A stretch of 56,510 nucleotides of DNA, filler included, from Catajapyx aquilonaris (Eukaryota): the NCBI GenBank assembly GCA_000934665.2. It is 3 parts of 3 records of this genome, joined end to end, with 100 filler letters (N's around TTAATTAATTAA, not from the genome) between each part and the next. Parts side by side here need not be neighbours in the genome. Positions count along the whole stretch, not along the records: positions 1 to 18,778 come from JYFJ02006614.1; 2 more parts are not named here. One strand, 5' to 3'. Made by a program: the position numbers and the translations under genes. Below are positions 1 through 13,800 of this stretch, in pieces. Each line of letters opens with the position of its first letter. Within the stretch, counting starts at the first letter, position 1. Under the pieces are notes generated by a model, which saw only the letters and a list, made by a program, of their open reading frames with translations, ran no database searches and was not told the origin of the DNA.

Positions 1-699
1 GCAAGTGACCCACAGCGGGGTCAGTCATCATGGCCCCACATCCAGCCATGTTCAGAAGTGTCCAAAGACCAATTGTGGCGAATTTCATGTTTTTGTCTCC
101 CAATACAAGGTCCTAAAAGGATGCTGCATCTGGTAGTTATGGAAACCCTGCGAAATGGACCACCACCGGGGTGGGTCATCGTGGCTCCACGTCCAGATAT
201 GATCAGAAGTGTCCAAAGGACAAGTGTACCGAGTTTCATACTTTTGTCACAAAATGCAAAGTTTGGGTCAAATTTGTCCCTTAGCACCTGGACTATATAT
301 ACTTGCAAGTCTGACGCATGTAACCCTTTTGTTATTATTGCTAGCTTGGAACAATTGGGACATGCACTAAGAGGCACAAACAATACTTGGAAAGCCAGGC
401 ATAGTTGACCTTAATGGTGGATTGCTGTCAGAAAAAATACTGTAATATTGGAGGTTTGACCGTAGAAAGTGGCCTAAAATTGCACTATGATAATATATGG
501 ACACCTTTGCATCCCAAATAATACGACTGTATCGGTGTAAACGTCAGCTAATCCGAAGGTGTGAACAGATCTAATTTTGTATCGAGATGAGACTGCCATT
601 TCCAAAAAAATTTGATAATGTGTCTGCCGGTGTGCGGTGATTCTTACACATCAAATCCGAATATAACTATCCTAACTATTTGAAAATTAATAATGGAAG

Positions 700-1645
700 T
701 GTGAGATAAACGGACACCTTAATATATAATAATAATTATGCTTTTGCAACTGGAGAGTTGTCCTTGACTTTCGTAGTTACCTATATAGAACGCGGTGTAT
801 CTGTCCCTATACTTGGTTGTTACAATGGTGTTATAGTTGTTGAAGCAACATAAATATTTTCCCGAAACAGTGCAAGCATGTCCGTTTTCCCCTGGCTGGG
901 GTATACGGACACCTACATTTAGACATGAAAAAATAGACATTTTGACAAATAAGAGCGTGAAATTTAATGGCGAAGAGTGTTGCGGGGCACCGCGAATGTC
1001 TTTGCAGCTGATAGCTCGGTTCATATAATATTATGTTCGTATCCCCCGAACACCGAGTATAGGAAAGTTTCCGATTTCACACACTATTTTGCAAGAATGG
1101 CACGTCAAAACTAATTATCTCACTATACACACACCATAGGGGTGTCAAATTAAGTGTATAGTCTACTGGACATTTATTTTCCCTCCAAAATTTGAAAGTG
1201 TCAATTAGCCCCTTGTACTTGGAGCATGTCCGTTTGCCCCACACCCTCACAGGTCCGTTTGCCCCCAAAGTGAGTTAAGCGAGTTATGAGTTACAGAAAC
1301 AAAAGGCGTCTGCTGACCGAAATAACAGTCATTGTGACAGTTTCACCAGCAGGAAAGTGCCTTACAAACTGACCATGTGCCATTGTTCTGAAACCACCAT
1401 ATAATCACCCTATACATCTCTGTCTCTACATCACAAAAATAACTATGCGTGACTTTTGGAATGCTACAGGTCTTCCATACACTACTTCAGACACTGGAAT
1501 CCTATGAGTACTGGATACTGGAATTCCAGATTGGACTTTTTCCTTACAGTCTAAGACTCCGATATAGACCCGAAATGAACGATTCCTGCTAATTCCCTGC
1601 AGGTGGCTCTGGATAAACCTTAACAAGTGTCCGTTTGCCTCACAC
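700..1645. mobile_element. Possible decayed pogo/Tc1-like DNA transposon remnant
   Basis: The motif AAACGGACAC/GTGTCCGTTTG recurs in both orientations (about 708, 878, 903, 1228, 1253, 1626). The outer copies GTGAGATAAACGGACAC and GTGTCCGTTTGCCTCAC form an inverted pair. No intact transposase. Confidence 0.3.
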
Positions 1646-2908
1646 AGTCACACGTCTTATTACCTTTATACCAAAAACGCAGCGATAAGGAAAACTTATA
1701 AACGCTAAAATGACTTCCTCCACAGGGTGAAACATGAACCTACGACAACTTTGGTTCCTGTATATACCAATATGCCATCAGGCGACAAACAAAATTGTCT
1801 GCATAAAGATATGTTGTCTCTACAGTTCATTCACCTGGCCCACTTGAGACTTGGGATTGTGTACTAGAGTCCTTATGCATACACGCTCTCCCAGGATAAC
1901 AGAAGGTTCTTTTTATGGAGGCATCCAAACACAGTATCAAGACACTGCAAACATGCATGGGCCGTTGCTTTTGAAAATTTCATAGCGAAACAGGGTGCGA
2001 ATTGTTGCAAGCATTTAGCGCAGAAAAATCCATAAAAGCCGGCTCCCTCCTTGCGGCGAGAAATTTACGGTCCCAGCTTTCTTTATAAGCGCTGTGGCAA
2101 TATTGGCAAATGATTGATAACGTTGTCGCCTAGCGCATAGTGTCTGTCAGAGTGTTTACCGCGCTTTTGCAAAAGGTTGTAATGCAGCCTCTTAATACTG
2201 TGCGGGCCGTGACTCTTGAAATCGATGGCGATAAGAAGTGTGGGAGCTGGAGAGAGGGTTTCGACCCGGGTTAAAATGTGAATGTGCGTGAAGGGAAAGT
2301 TATTATAGGTGAAAGATAGGTGAACTTCATCAGCCCAAACGAGACAGCTCTCGGTTCCCTTTTGCTTGCACAGCTCCGACGACAGCTGTAAGGCACCCCA
2401 CTAATAAGGAGAGTGCAGCCGTTTCTGCGAGACTAGGTTTTGCTCAATCCAACCCTTCCACCTCCCTCTCCCCTTCCTCCACCCACACTCACAAAAGTGG
2501 ACCAGATAAGAAATGCATTAGAGTGTAATTCAAAATGTGCTCTGCCTTCACCCATCTCGGTTTCTCATAAAAGATGGTAATTGTCAGGGTGAATGACTGC
2601 AGAGGAAAATCTTGGCTAGGGAGGGAGGGGGTGTGTTTCAGATCTTTTAGCATACAGAGCTTGAAATTATAACCAGCATAATTGCTTAGAATGAATTGTG
2701 GAATTTAGGTGACATAATTATTGTTATTTGTCACTTGCTGCGATTAAAATAATTGCACGAATTATCCGTTTTTTGTATAAAAAACAGCGTAGGTCGTAGT
2801 ATTGAACCGATGAAAGCAATTAAAATTAACTCTCATTTAGGGCTTTCTTGCACCATTGGAGGTACCCGAAATTTGTACTTTTCTATTAATGCAATAATGC
2901 AACGAACA

Positions 2909-3178
2909 ACCGAAGCAGTTTGGAGGAGGGGATATGGTGTCCGACTGCTAATCGGGAGGTCCTGGGATCAAATCTTGGGGCCGGCAACTCTGACCGTGGT
3001 TTTCTGTGGTTTCCCACGGTCCTTCCAGGAAAATTCCGGAGTTGTTTCCGTAATTAATAGGCCACAGCCGCTTCCTTCCGTCCCTATATCCTATCCCAAA
3101 GAGCACAGTAAAATGAAAGCAAAGAGTTCCAGGCAAAACAAACTTCCCCCCTAATAACGGGGTACGAATTATTATTAT
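2909..3178 (+). mobile_element. tRNA-derived SINE, Lm1/Talua-like insect core, copy 1
   Basis: tRNA-like head with a CCGACTGCTAATCGG arm and degenerate B box GGATCAAATC. Core CTGACCGTGGTTTTCTGTGGTTTCCC...AGGCCACAGCCGCTTCCTTCC. Short (ATT)n tail. Perfect 16-bp TSD AATAATGCAACGAACA at 2893-2908 and 3179-3194. Second copy at 17868. Confidence 0.85.
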
Positions 3179-3762
3179 AATAATGCAACGAACATGAGAA
3201 ATGGTGGTAGAATGGGTGCAACCACCTAAAAATTTTTACGTAAACCTAGGTGAGACATCTTTTATCCCAGAGTTATAACAGAGTAGTGGCTTTAAAGCGT
3301 GATCTCCCTTAAATGCCGGGTTTTACGACTGAAGGTAGATATTAGACCGATTGTTACCATGTTATTTATTGTTAAAAGCGATAAATTTAATTGTTGTAAC
3401 AGTGAAAATCACTCATGACGAAATCCGGCTTTGGTGAAACCTGTTTAACTGACAGGATTTATTGTTCAGCATAGGGACAATTATTTTAATTTTAGTGCTT
3501 GGTGGATCGCACGTGAAATCAGGAACAGGATTCAAAAATATATACGTATTAATTTTTGCCTAATAATTTTAAAATAGAAAGGCCATCCAGTACAAAAAAG
3601 AAATATCAGAAAATAGAAAATAAAGAGTAACGGACATAAAGCGCTGACGGCAAGAAAAACTACACCTGCTGGAGCTATAAAGCCATTACAGATACACATC
3701 TTTTATATTGCCAAAATGTATTTTATGGATAATGTTCCTACAGATGCTACCATCCTAGAGTG

Positions 3763-4636
3763 CAGTGGTTCTCAATCTTTTTCGGGTCGCGACCCCCTTT
3801 TATGATGGTCAAGTAACCTGAGACCCCCCCCCCCTCCCACCTCCCCAAGTGTTAGTAGGCGTTGAAAAAACCTTCCCGATGAAATTTCCTATAATTTTTT
3901 TAAATTAAAAAATAGCAAACAAAATGCACCAGACGTACTACTAGCGAAGCACGAATGCTGCAGACGGCCGAATTCACCAGGGCCTACAATAAGGAGTGGC
4001 CTTCCTGACAGGGTTTATTTAAGGTTTGATGCTTTTATACAGCAATTTTTAATAAAATCAAATTAATCGCACCTTGGTGCGGGATGGAAGTGGGATCCAT
4101 TTCCATCATCGCTCATTCGGTACGGCAGCATCATACGCATATATTGTGCGCGTCGTACTGTACGTACTGTAGGCTACACAATGAATTGATCTAAAACGCA
4201 CTACAGATATTGTATTTCTCCCCATTCCAACGAGTTCTTTCGATAAAAAATTAGGCATTCAATATAATTATTTATCGCCATCACTCAATAAAAATATTGA
4301 AACGAAAAAAATATTAGACTTAGGTAATTTACTGAGAATATGAACACTATACTCAATGAAATTATCCACTCTGCGTTCACTTCCACTAGACCAGTAGTTG
4401 TGGTTCCCTACATTTTTCGGGTCGCGACCCCCTTTTATGATAGTCAAATAACCTGCGACACCCCCCCCCCCCCCCCNTTAGTAGGTGTTGAAAAAAAAAA
4501 AGCTTCTCGATGAAATTTCCCATAAAATTGTTTTGATTTTTTAAAAAATGTAGTAATTTTTAAATATATAACTATTACCGCGGCCACGCGCGACCCCCCG
4601 GAAAAGACTTCGCGACCCCCAGGTTGGGAACCACTG
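3763..4636. mobile_element. Non-autonomous hAT (Charlie/Buster-type) element with an internally repeated left end
   Basis: Termini CAGTGGTTCTCAATCT and AGGTTGGGAACCACTG (16-bp TIR, 2 mismatches). Subterminal GGGTCGCGACCC motifs. Degenerate 8-bp TSD CTAGAGTG/CTATAATG. The left ~150 bp recurs from 4392. Confidence 0.75.
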
Positions 4637-7600
4637 CTATAATGCTTAGGTTCATTTCGTTATTCCAATGTGCAATTACCCTATTGGTAGATTTAGGCAA
4701 TTTTTATCGAATGTTAGTTTTTGCTATGATGTTCAAGGCAACTACAGATAATATCCGCAGACAACTCTACACATAATGTTTTCAGGTTATACTATTACAA
4801 CCTCAATATAGGTTATAGATACCGACTTTCCTCCGAAATGGCAATTCAGCCCACACCACAAGGGTAAAATAAACAAATATGAATATCGGTTATATACAGT
4901 AGGAGGGCATTGAAGCATCATTCTTCTCTAATGCGGATTTCTTCTCATGAAGCTAGATACTATATCCATTGTTTATAGCTTAGTTATGTATATAATATAT
5001 TCTCGCCATAGATATTTCACAAAAGCCGAGTTGAGCAGCCAGTTAATTTAACCCTATATTACACACCAAGGAAAAGCTATGAGAGTGCGACATAGCGTGG
5101 AGCAAATATTGGTTTTTGTAACTTAATAATCCAGACTAATGCAACAGTTGCTGATATGCTCATTACTTAATTACGTGGAGATTTAAACAGCTACTGACTC
5201 ATCCATAGCAGCACAGCAGGAAGTGCTATTGTACAATTTCTTCTACGCTGTACTGAAGGTTAATACTGTATAAATGTTATGCATAACCACTATACTGAGT
5301 AATAAACATATACTACTTCATTTTTTAAAACCAATTCGCAATAACACTTTTTGGGAGAATGCGTCAATTTTTTGTACAGTGTGTTTAATAAGTCAGCTCA
5401 CATTTTGTGCCTGAAATTAACTTTAATTAATTCCGATATTGCCAACTTAGTAACACTTGACATACTACAGGCACACAGGTTTCCTGAATCCTGTAATTGC
5501 GTAGGTGGTGCCGTCTTTTGTGCCGAAACTGTTAAGGAGGGGGGGACACTTGAAGTGGCTTTGCAGGCCGGCAATTGGAACTGACCAAATCGCGCACCAA
5601 ATTGTCGACGACCACGATTAGTCTGCTGTATACAGTCCCATTTGTGTGCTCAATGGCAAAATGACCTCCTCCTGGGCCATAAAATCTGTCGTCGACCGCC
5701 CACCTTGACCGCCTACAAGATGTTGTTCAACTGGCACTTAATGGGGTCCTTTTGCCAACTTGGGAACGTGGCCAGGGATTTCCACTGTTGGAACCAACTG
5801 CAGTGCCTTCCATATATGGAGCTTACAGTACCTGGTGATAACATTTTAATTAGAGTCTTTATTTATTTTGTTATACCAACGTTCGTGAGAAGCTTGCTAG
5901 AACATATACCTTAAACAATCCTCTGATAAGAATAAGATTTTGTGCAAATATTGTAAATATATCAGCAGAAAGGAGATATGTGATTACTTTCCTTTTTGTT
6001 TCCTTTGGTTCTCAGAGTGAATTCAAATCCAACACTTGAAGTTGGTAAGGTCAAGTTGGCCTTCACATGAATGGTTAACGTAAGATGGAAGGTGAACAGC
6101 CCGAAATATTGAGAACAAAAGTGTCGAAGTTTGTTTCCAGTTTGCAATGTTATTGATACCACTGGGAACTAAATATAGGGAAACTTCACATCAAATGTCA
6201 GTTCAGAATCACTTCGAAAACCACTGAGGATTTAAGATGTCATAACTTTTTCTTTCTTTCTTGCAGTTGTCTCTCTTTGAATGTGGGATATTAAATCTCT
6301 TGACACTTTAAAATATAAAATTCCGTCAATTCGATTTTTGAGTTTTTTTTTGTCATTTAAAAGGAAAGGTTCGATTACCTGACATTTTTTATAGGTCAGG
6401 TTGAACTTGTATAAAAGCAGCTAACATTACATGTAGAATAGAATAGTAACTACTCTAATCAGGGACTTGCCCAAACTTTGTTATTGATACAACCGGGACT
6501 AAATTGCTCCCTGTTTCATTACAGATGGGAAGAATAATGACACGATTAATCTCTGCTTTTAATAGTAGGCTTCCAGAATAGGTAAAAAATTTTAGGCTGT
6601 GTAAACTCCCTGAATTCTTTGCAATCTTCATAACACATTTAAGCCGTTATGCCAAGTGGCAGTCACATAAATAAAAAAAAAGGGAACAGATGAAAATCCC
6701 AAAAATGTTCATGATGATACCACTATCATAAAACATGCCTGGTGAATTCCAGCTGCTACAATTGCCGAATTCCGAAGGGAAGGACAATAATAGCATATGC
6801 AGTTAAATATAGCAAAACAGGTTGCTGGAAAGAGTATTGCATCCTTCCCTAATGAATGAACGAAGAATGCAGATTACGCAAACTCAAAGCCAAAAAATAG
6901 GCCAAGTTCGTGCCCTGTTGTGTAATGGGAGCTCACTATTATTTCAAACTCAAACGTGAGTTACATATTAATATTAAAGCTTGACTAATGTAGCGTAGTT
7001 GTCCATTTTAAAAATGCAATGCTATGTTAGCTCGCCTTTGACTCACCTTTTCTTAACCATCTAAATATAATTATTATAAAATAAGCAAACAGACAAAAAC
7101 ATAAATAATTATATACAGTATCCTGATGTGAAACAAACATGTAGCGCGATATTTTCTCTTAGTTTGAGCTTATACAGGGTGTTTCTTACTAGTCCAGCCA
7201 ACGGCTGTCGACGACGGTCCTGCGTGCAAAGTACCGAGTTATGCACTTATTGCTCTGTGGCTTTAGCACAAGTCCAGCTGCCTGCATGGACCGTCACTCA
7301 TGTCCTGGGTGCGGGCTGTAACAATCGTTCCTCCACTAAAGAAACGGCACGTGGCGGATATAATCCAACCTACCAAACAGGAACTGGAACTTCTGGAGAT
7401 GCGCAGCCCTAACCCAATGGCCCGCACGCTACCCATAGGGACCTTGTACAACGTCTATTAATCCTCACTGGCTGAACAACACGGTACACATTTCAGTTTG
7501 CGTTACTCTAGTGAGAATGTGTCTGCCAGTAATTGACCAGGGCATGTCGCACGGCCACGACAATCTCCATTTTTCAAGGCACGCAACTCAAAGAAAGAAA

Positions 7601-8463
7601 ACTCTCCGTAGGGAACTCAAGCCTATACTTTTGGAGCAATCGTTCTTGGCCCACCCTTACCTCCTCCTACCCAATTTCCTATCCGATATCGGAAACCTAA
7701 AACAAACAGTGTGCAAATCCTTTCCATATCCTCACGGCTTATAATACCGTCTTTCTTCCTGCTTCCCGAACCTCAGGCAATCATGCGTTGGAAGCTCCTT
7801 TCGTATCGAGTGCGCTGATATTCCGGTCGAGTTTGCAAACGATAAGAGAAACACGGGGCAAGGGAGGAAGGAGACTTCCAGAAGACATGTTTAGCAGAGC
7901 AGTGCTGAATGAACAACCTTAATGCATACCAAATGCAGGCCTTCCCTCCGACTTAATGCAGAACAAGCAGACGGAGAAAACTGGATTTCTCTTTCCTAGT
8001 ATGAATATTAAAGGCTCTGGGAGCTTCCTCGGTATCCATTACCGGCAACTATTGTGCTTTGAGGAGCGAACGCGCCTCCTGTTTGTAAACAGCGGTGATT
8101 ATACTGATTACACCTCCATTGCGCCCTCTAGTTTGATTCCAACAAAGCAGTGCTGCCTCCCAGTGGACGATTGGGGTTATCCTGTTTGTTTTTTTCTCTC
8201 TTTTTATGTGTGTCCTCGGTCATGAAATCACTGCAATATTGCTTTTCTTGGGGCGCGTTCCTCAAGAAATTATTGTCGGAACGGAGGAAAATCTAGCTGT
8301 TGACGTGTTGTGGGAAATGGGCCGGCCATCCAGCAGACCAACTGACGGCTCGAGAGTTATGAGGTACTGCTGTAGTGATTAAGGGGAAGATTTGTCGTAA
8401 ATTCGGCCCGCAGGATCAGGTACAAGTATTCGCATTCCATCTCTCCAATACCTCATATCCCCA

Positions 8464-8464
<1 letters not shown>

Positions 8465-8544
<80 letters not shown>
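8465..8544. repeat. (TTA)n microsatellite
   Basis: Perfect trinucleotide run. Confidence 0.95.
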
Positions 8545-9453
8545 TGCGGGTCATTATTGATGGTGTGTGGAAGGCGCTATTGATCTGAGAGCCTTTAGGT
8601 TTAGGCCGCCCCATCTTTGTCCAAACATGTTACGGGCATTTACTGCGCAAGAATTGGAATATAAGGTAACGGTAGGCACTACAATGTTCGTTCATGCGTG
8701 CTTACGGCTTGGCTGGAGGATGCCTTGGGAATTTCCATCACATTAAAGCGAATAAAATTTGGCGGCGAACAAGCGTGTTTTAGTGTTGGTTGGAGGGTGG
8801 TTGAGGCATGGCTGGAAAGTTATGACGTAAGTTTTCCTCCATCACGACTGATTTGGGCGCAATAAATATTTTACCTCCCTCTTATCGACACTTGCCAATG
8901 ATTCGGCGTAAGGACTGGAAAATCCTACTCGGCTTTACCAGGTTATAGCTTCTTTCGGCTCAGTGGAGCCAATTTTTGCTGATGTACACGCAATATTTTT
9001 TTATTGCTTGCACCCTTGGAAGGATATATTATAATATTATAGCTAAATGGTTCTTTGATCTCATTTCAAATTCAATATCATATCACATTGCTATGAAAGC
9101 TAAGATTGATATGTTTCTTGATATTTACAACACTAAACAAGCGCATTATTATACCTATAACATACCCAACCGTACTACTATGCCGGTAGCCTGGTAGCCT
9201 ACTATTGTCATTGTTAGGAATTTTAATTCAGAATATACTGGGAGCGGTTATGAGTAAATTAGCAAATTGTAGAAGGTGAACTGAAAGGGAAATTGGCCTA
9301 GTTATTACTAAAATGTTAGTTTAGTGTACTGTTTCTATACGTTGAAAGTGCGGAAAAGACGCAACCCTTTGTCTTTGGCATCAACTTTAACGGCTGTGGC
9401 GAATACACAATATTACACATAACTATGTCATGAACATGGACATACTATATGGT

Positions 9454-9458
<5 letters not shown>

Positions 9459-9507
<49 letters not shown>

Positions 9508-9752
9508 GATACACTGTGATAGGCCTCCTTGGGGATCATCTTTTAAATACCCGACTTTAATCATTGCCTGCGCTGTGATGGATTTTGATTGTGGGAGGAA
9601 ACGGGGGAACCCCGAGAAAACCCACGCGAACATAGAGAACCCATCGAAACTCTATCCACATAAGTATCCTCCGTCCGACCCGGGGATCGAACTCGGGACC
9701 TCAGAGGTGGAAGGCTGCGGCGCTAACCACTCCGCCACCGTGCCGCCCTCTG
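9459..9752 (-). mobile_element. V-SINE (tRNA head, V domain, (TTA)n tail)
   Basis: Minus strand: A box in GGCACGGTGGCGGAGTGGTTAGCG, B box GAGTTCGATCCC, then TGTTCGCGTGGGTTTTCTCGGGGTTCCCCCGTTTCCTCCCACAATCAAAA, which matches the V domain as I recall it. Tail at 9459-9507. 11-bp TSD TATGGTGTAAT at 9448-9458 and 9753-9763. Confidence 0.85.
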
Positions 9753-10339
9753 TATGGTGTAATCAGCCCTAAGCTATGCTAACTTGTCTTGGCTATTGCA
9801 ATACAACCATACATTGAGCATCCTGCTTTTGGAAAGTGCGAACTTGGCTCCATCAACATAATTTCCTATGTGGGAGTAGGTAGTATAAAATATATTATCC
9901 TCTACGGACTAAGGCCGCTTTCGGGCATGTTCGATTATCTTCTGAAGAGGCCTCACTCTGTAGTACTAGTGACGCCGCTGGTATCTGGCTCCTTTAGCTG
10001 AAACATGTTTTATCTGGCTTCTCAGCGAGGCAATCGGCGATATCAGTTTGGCCAATTGTATAGCTATATAGGTATCTCGGGAGATGTCCTAGTTTCCTCT
10101 GACAAAACTGGAGCAGAGTCACTTGTGGCTCTGACAGCGGGATCCGTATGAATGAGAACGAGCCTTTCTAAAGGTGCGTTTACATGTGAGTGATTTGACG
10201 AGCGAAATGTTCGCAGAGGTTGAAATTAACAATCGATTTTCCCTCAAACAATATTGGTTACTTGGGTTACTTGTCAGTCTCGGCGAAGATTTTGCTCCGC
10301 TTCGCTCGTCGAATCCCTCACATGTAAACGTAGCTTTAA

Positions 10340-10831
10340 AGGGACACTCCACTCAAAATACAAGTTGATCTGTAAAAATCAGGCAGAAAATCCTGATTCC
10401 GGTGATACCATCCGTTTATCTCTGAGACGAACGGTAATGTCAGGGGAAGAGACGAAAGTCGGAAAAAAATTCGAGAGTGGCGCCGCCTGGCCACCTGGCC
10501 AAGTTAGGCGACGTTGGATAGAGCGCCGCCCTTCCCAACGGGCACTAGGGGAAGTTGGCTTCGGACACAACCAGATCCCCACGGATCCCCATGCCCGCAG
10601 GCAACTTATCCAAGTCGCCGTTGGGAAGGGCGGCGCTACTATCCAACGTCACCCTCAGGGGTGGCGTCGCCACCTGCGCCGGGCGTTTGAGCGCGGTTTT
10701 CGAACGACACACTTCCAGCTTTCGCCCTGGCCTTACCGTTCGTCTCTCAGAAAAACTGCTTATACCCTCGGAGTCAGGATTTTTTTGCCCGATTTTTAGA
10801 GCCCAACTTGTATTTTGAGTGGAGTGTCCCT
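10340..10831. mobile_element. MITE with TTAA target duplication and AGG..CCT termini (Kolobok-like)
   Basis: Perfect 28-bp terminal inverted repeat AGGGACACTCCACTCAAAATACAAGTTG, extending imperfectly to about 100 bp. TTAA at 10336-10339 and 10832-10835. Purine termini fit Kolobok rather than piggyBac. Confidence 0.8.
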
Positions 10832-13800
10832 TTAATGGGGGAATATTCTACCATCCCGTATCAATTTTAGTGACACAAATATTCAGTACATCGCACATTC
10901 AACGGAGTATGCTATACCTTAATATCAAGAAAATTGACCTGCTGATATTTTGTCCTACTGTTAGCAGTACCGCTGTCAACATTAATAGGAACCATGATAA
11001 CCCATAAAATAGCTTTTTGGAGAATCATGATTAGCAGAAGCATGATGCTAGCAGAAACTTAGCAGAAGACTACAGACCCATCAGGCTATCCATAAATTAC
11101 AGTACGTACAATGCTGTTCTTGATGATTTGTGACCCCCTTCCCCCATGTAAAGCTAGCGAGAAACATCGCTGAAATTACGTAACGCTGCTTTGCCGAACC
11201 CTTCCCCCTTCCAGAAAAACCAGTGCTTAATTTGTATGCACCGCGATGACCCTAACTTCCAATTACGAACACATGCTTGGAGTGGAGGGATTTGAATGCA
11301 GCATGTTGGAGTACAGTACATTGACCAATGTGAATCTATTGAATGTGATAAAATAAGGACTGCGAAAGCTCAAATTGCTGCACAAGTGATAATCAAAATG
11401 GTAATAATTATGTTAGAGTCAGGGTTAAAGCCTTTTAATTATAAATGAGACATTGCAATGGATCAATTGATTACACTATCCTTGCGAGATTTTGAGGAAC
11501 GGGTTTTGATGGTTGACCTAAACTAACCCGAAGGCGCTGATTTAAGATCTGCATTACATTTTTCCATATTACCTACTCTTGCGGTGGTAATTTGATTATT
11601 TAATCGTGAATACAATTTATACATACAATAAAAATAGCAAAATAATACATAACCAATCCGTTTAAACTTGTTACGTAGCGGTACTATAGTGCATTTTGTC
11701 CCTGATTAATTTTTGATGCAATAAGACAATGCAAGGTATTCCAATAAGGAGTAGAGTAGCGGAGAGGGAAAAGATGTGAGTTTGGTTACAGGTTTGAGCA
11801 TTTCTAAAAATATTTATTATTAATCATATTTTTGTGGATCCTGAAAGAGATCCTTTGCTGGAAAAGTAGGACGGTATACTACAATGTGGATAGTGTCAAA
11901 CACAGTGACCTGCTTACTTCTCCCGGTTACACTTATCCTTACTGAAATTACAAGTATACGTTTGATAATAGTTCACATGTATCATCAGCATGTAAATGCG
12001 AGAAACTGTGCCTTAAACGACCAACCACCTGCTATGAATCAATTAGTTACGTGCCATGGTATATCGGCACGCCATCTTTAAATAAAACATGAGTTAAGTT
12101 GAAATATAGATACTGTATATCTGGCCTTTACAAGGGCTTCGGTGATTGTCCTGCATGGCACATCATGCCCCTGGGCATTTCCATATTTTGCGGATTGTAT
12201 CATGCTATTTACGATTCTTGAAAAAATCTATTGAAAATTGTGTAGCGGTAGATCCGATGTGAAAATATTTTTATCCTGATTTAAAACCATAGTCTATACG
12301 TCCAAGCTTAAAAAATAACATACAAAATACAAGAACCATATGTAACTCTTCTGGTTGGCCCTCATACATTCCAATCATTTACTCTCATCTGAGAGTGTCG
12401 ATTTCTTGGCGCATGCGACAGATGGCAATTTTGTGTCCATTTGGGACTGGACGGGAGTAAACAGGTTGTTTTCCCTATCGGAGGGATGGTCCCTGCTGGC
12501 AGTCTGTATTATTTCCGGCCTCTAATCCATCACTGGCCATTCAAATGCTGGCGAATCCCTTCCTCCTCCCTCTCTCCCCACCCATCCTTCCACTAATGAG
12601 CGATTCCGGAAGATGCGCTGCAGATGGCCAAGGCAATAAGCGCCCCAATCTACGTAGCTCGGCAGCCATGAAAGGAGCGGAGGAGGAAGGAGGCCTCAAT
12701 TTCCACCAGCTCTCAAGCTGGTGGCACGCCAATAGCAATATCAAGTGCGGACCCACAAATGCTTCCAGCAGCGCCCATCATGACACTTGAACCACTTTTT
12801 TAATGGGCATAATTACTTCCCAGCCCTTCTGCAGCCTGGGATCCGTTACTAGAAGCCGAATATGTGTGGGGAAAAACTTTGCTACTCTGGGTTGCGCCTG
12901 TTCAGTATGTTGCGCTGCATAAATGTGGGAGATAGGCCTAGCTAAATGTTAGCGGGGCCTAGGGCCCAATTCTGGTTGAATATGGCGGATTTGGGACCTG
13001 CAAACAGTTCACTGTTAAGCACTAGCACGCAATAACCTGCACCTTCGGAGGGGATCTGGGACCGTTTTCGTTTACGCATTCCATTGTAGTCGGTTCATAG
13101 TGACCAGCAACAGTGATTGCTGAAAATATCTGTAGAGAGTTCTGAATTCTGAATTTAACACTCCAGTCTCCGGAACTGCCCCTTTCAAGTCGCATCTGAT
13201 GGGGTTTTAAAATATATATTTCACTTTAATCGTTAATATTTGATCCTGGCACAGTCTTTACAACATACATAGGTTTACTCTTGATTATAAGTAGGCCTTC
13301 TTTATGGGGCGGCAGGGCTGGAGATCAACAACCCAATATGAAGTGTTTGTTCGTCCTTGATGGAAGAGTACCCTACGTGACACCAACAGAGGGATGGAAG
13401 GGGTGTAAACCCTGACACGGATGGCACAGTGTCCTAGCTAATCTGTGGCGCTAATAATATCGCAATCCGGACCTGATAAGGGGCCTTGGGGGATAAAAAG
13501 TCATGAGTTGACTGGGGCCCATGGACGAACTCAGCTCTTCAGATTAGTTGGGTGGGCCAACCGCAAGCATGATCAAAACAGGAGCATTTCTTCTGAGTTC
13601 CAAGATGCTGGTATATGATAATAAAATCATTCAAGACCTATTTCGGTATCAGTTAAGCCAGTTTGTACTCTTTCAACCAAGAGAGCCTTTTCTTCCTTAG
13701 CAAAGAAACCCCGTGGCTGGAAAGGTGCAAGGTAATTAAAATAATCCAGTTAATTGTCGAATCGCATCGGTGAAATGCGGTGAAACCGCTGGGAAAGCCA

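Noticed and set aside
5500..5835. Protein-like stretch HLDRLQDVVQLALNGVLLPTWERG
   Set aside because: In-frame stop just upstream, no clear acceptor and no family recognised. It could be a decayed TE or an exon, but I cannot support either.
7172..7450. Second Tc1/mariner MITE starting TACAGGGTG
   Set aside because: No matching right-hand terminus found.
8375..9633. Poly-Leu and poly-Tyr ORFs (also 27465-27879 and the poly-Met end of 40812-41036)
   Set aside because: Translations of microsatellites.
9935..10015. Hammerhead ribozyme (CTGAAGA...GAAAC)
   Set aside because: The core words are present, but stem I does not pair and stem II is only about 3 bp around a long insert.
10254..10799. 181-aa ORF
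   Set aside because: Lies mostly inside the Kolobok-like MITE and has no recognisable domain.
12545..12790. GC-rich short ORFs
   Set aside because: No motif, no consistent splice signals, and stops in the plausible alternative frames.
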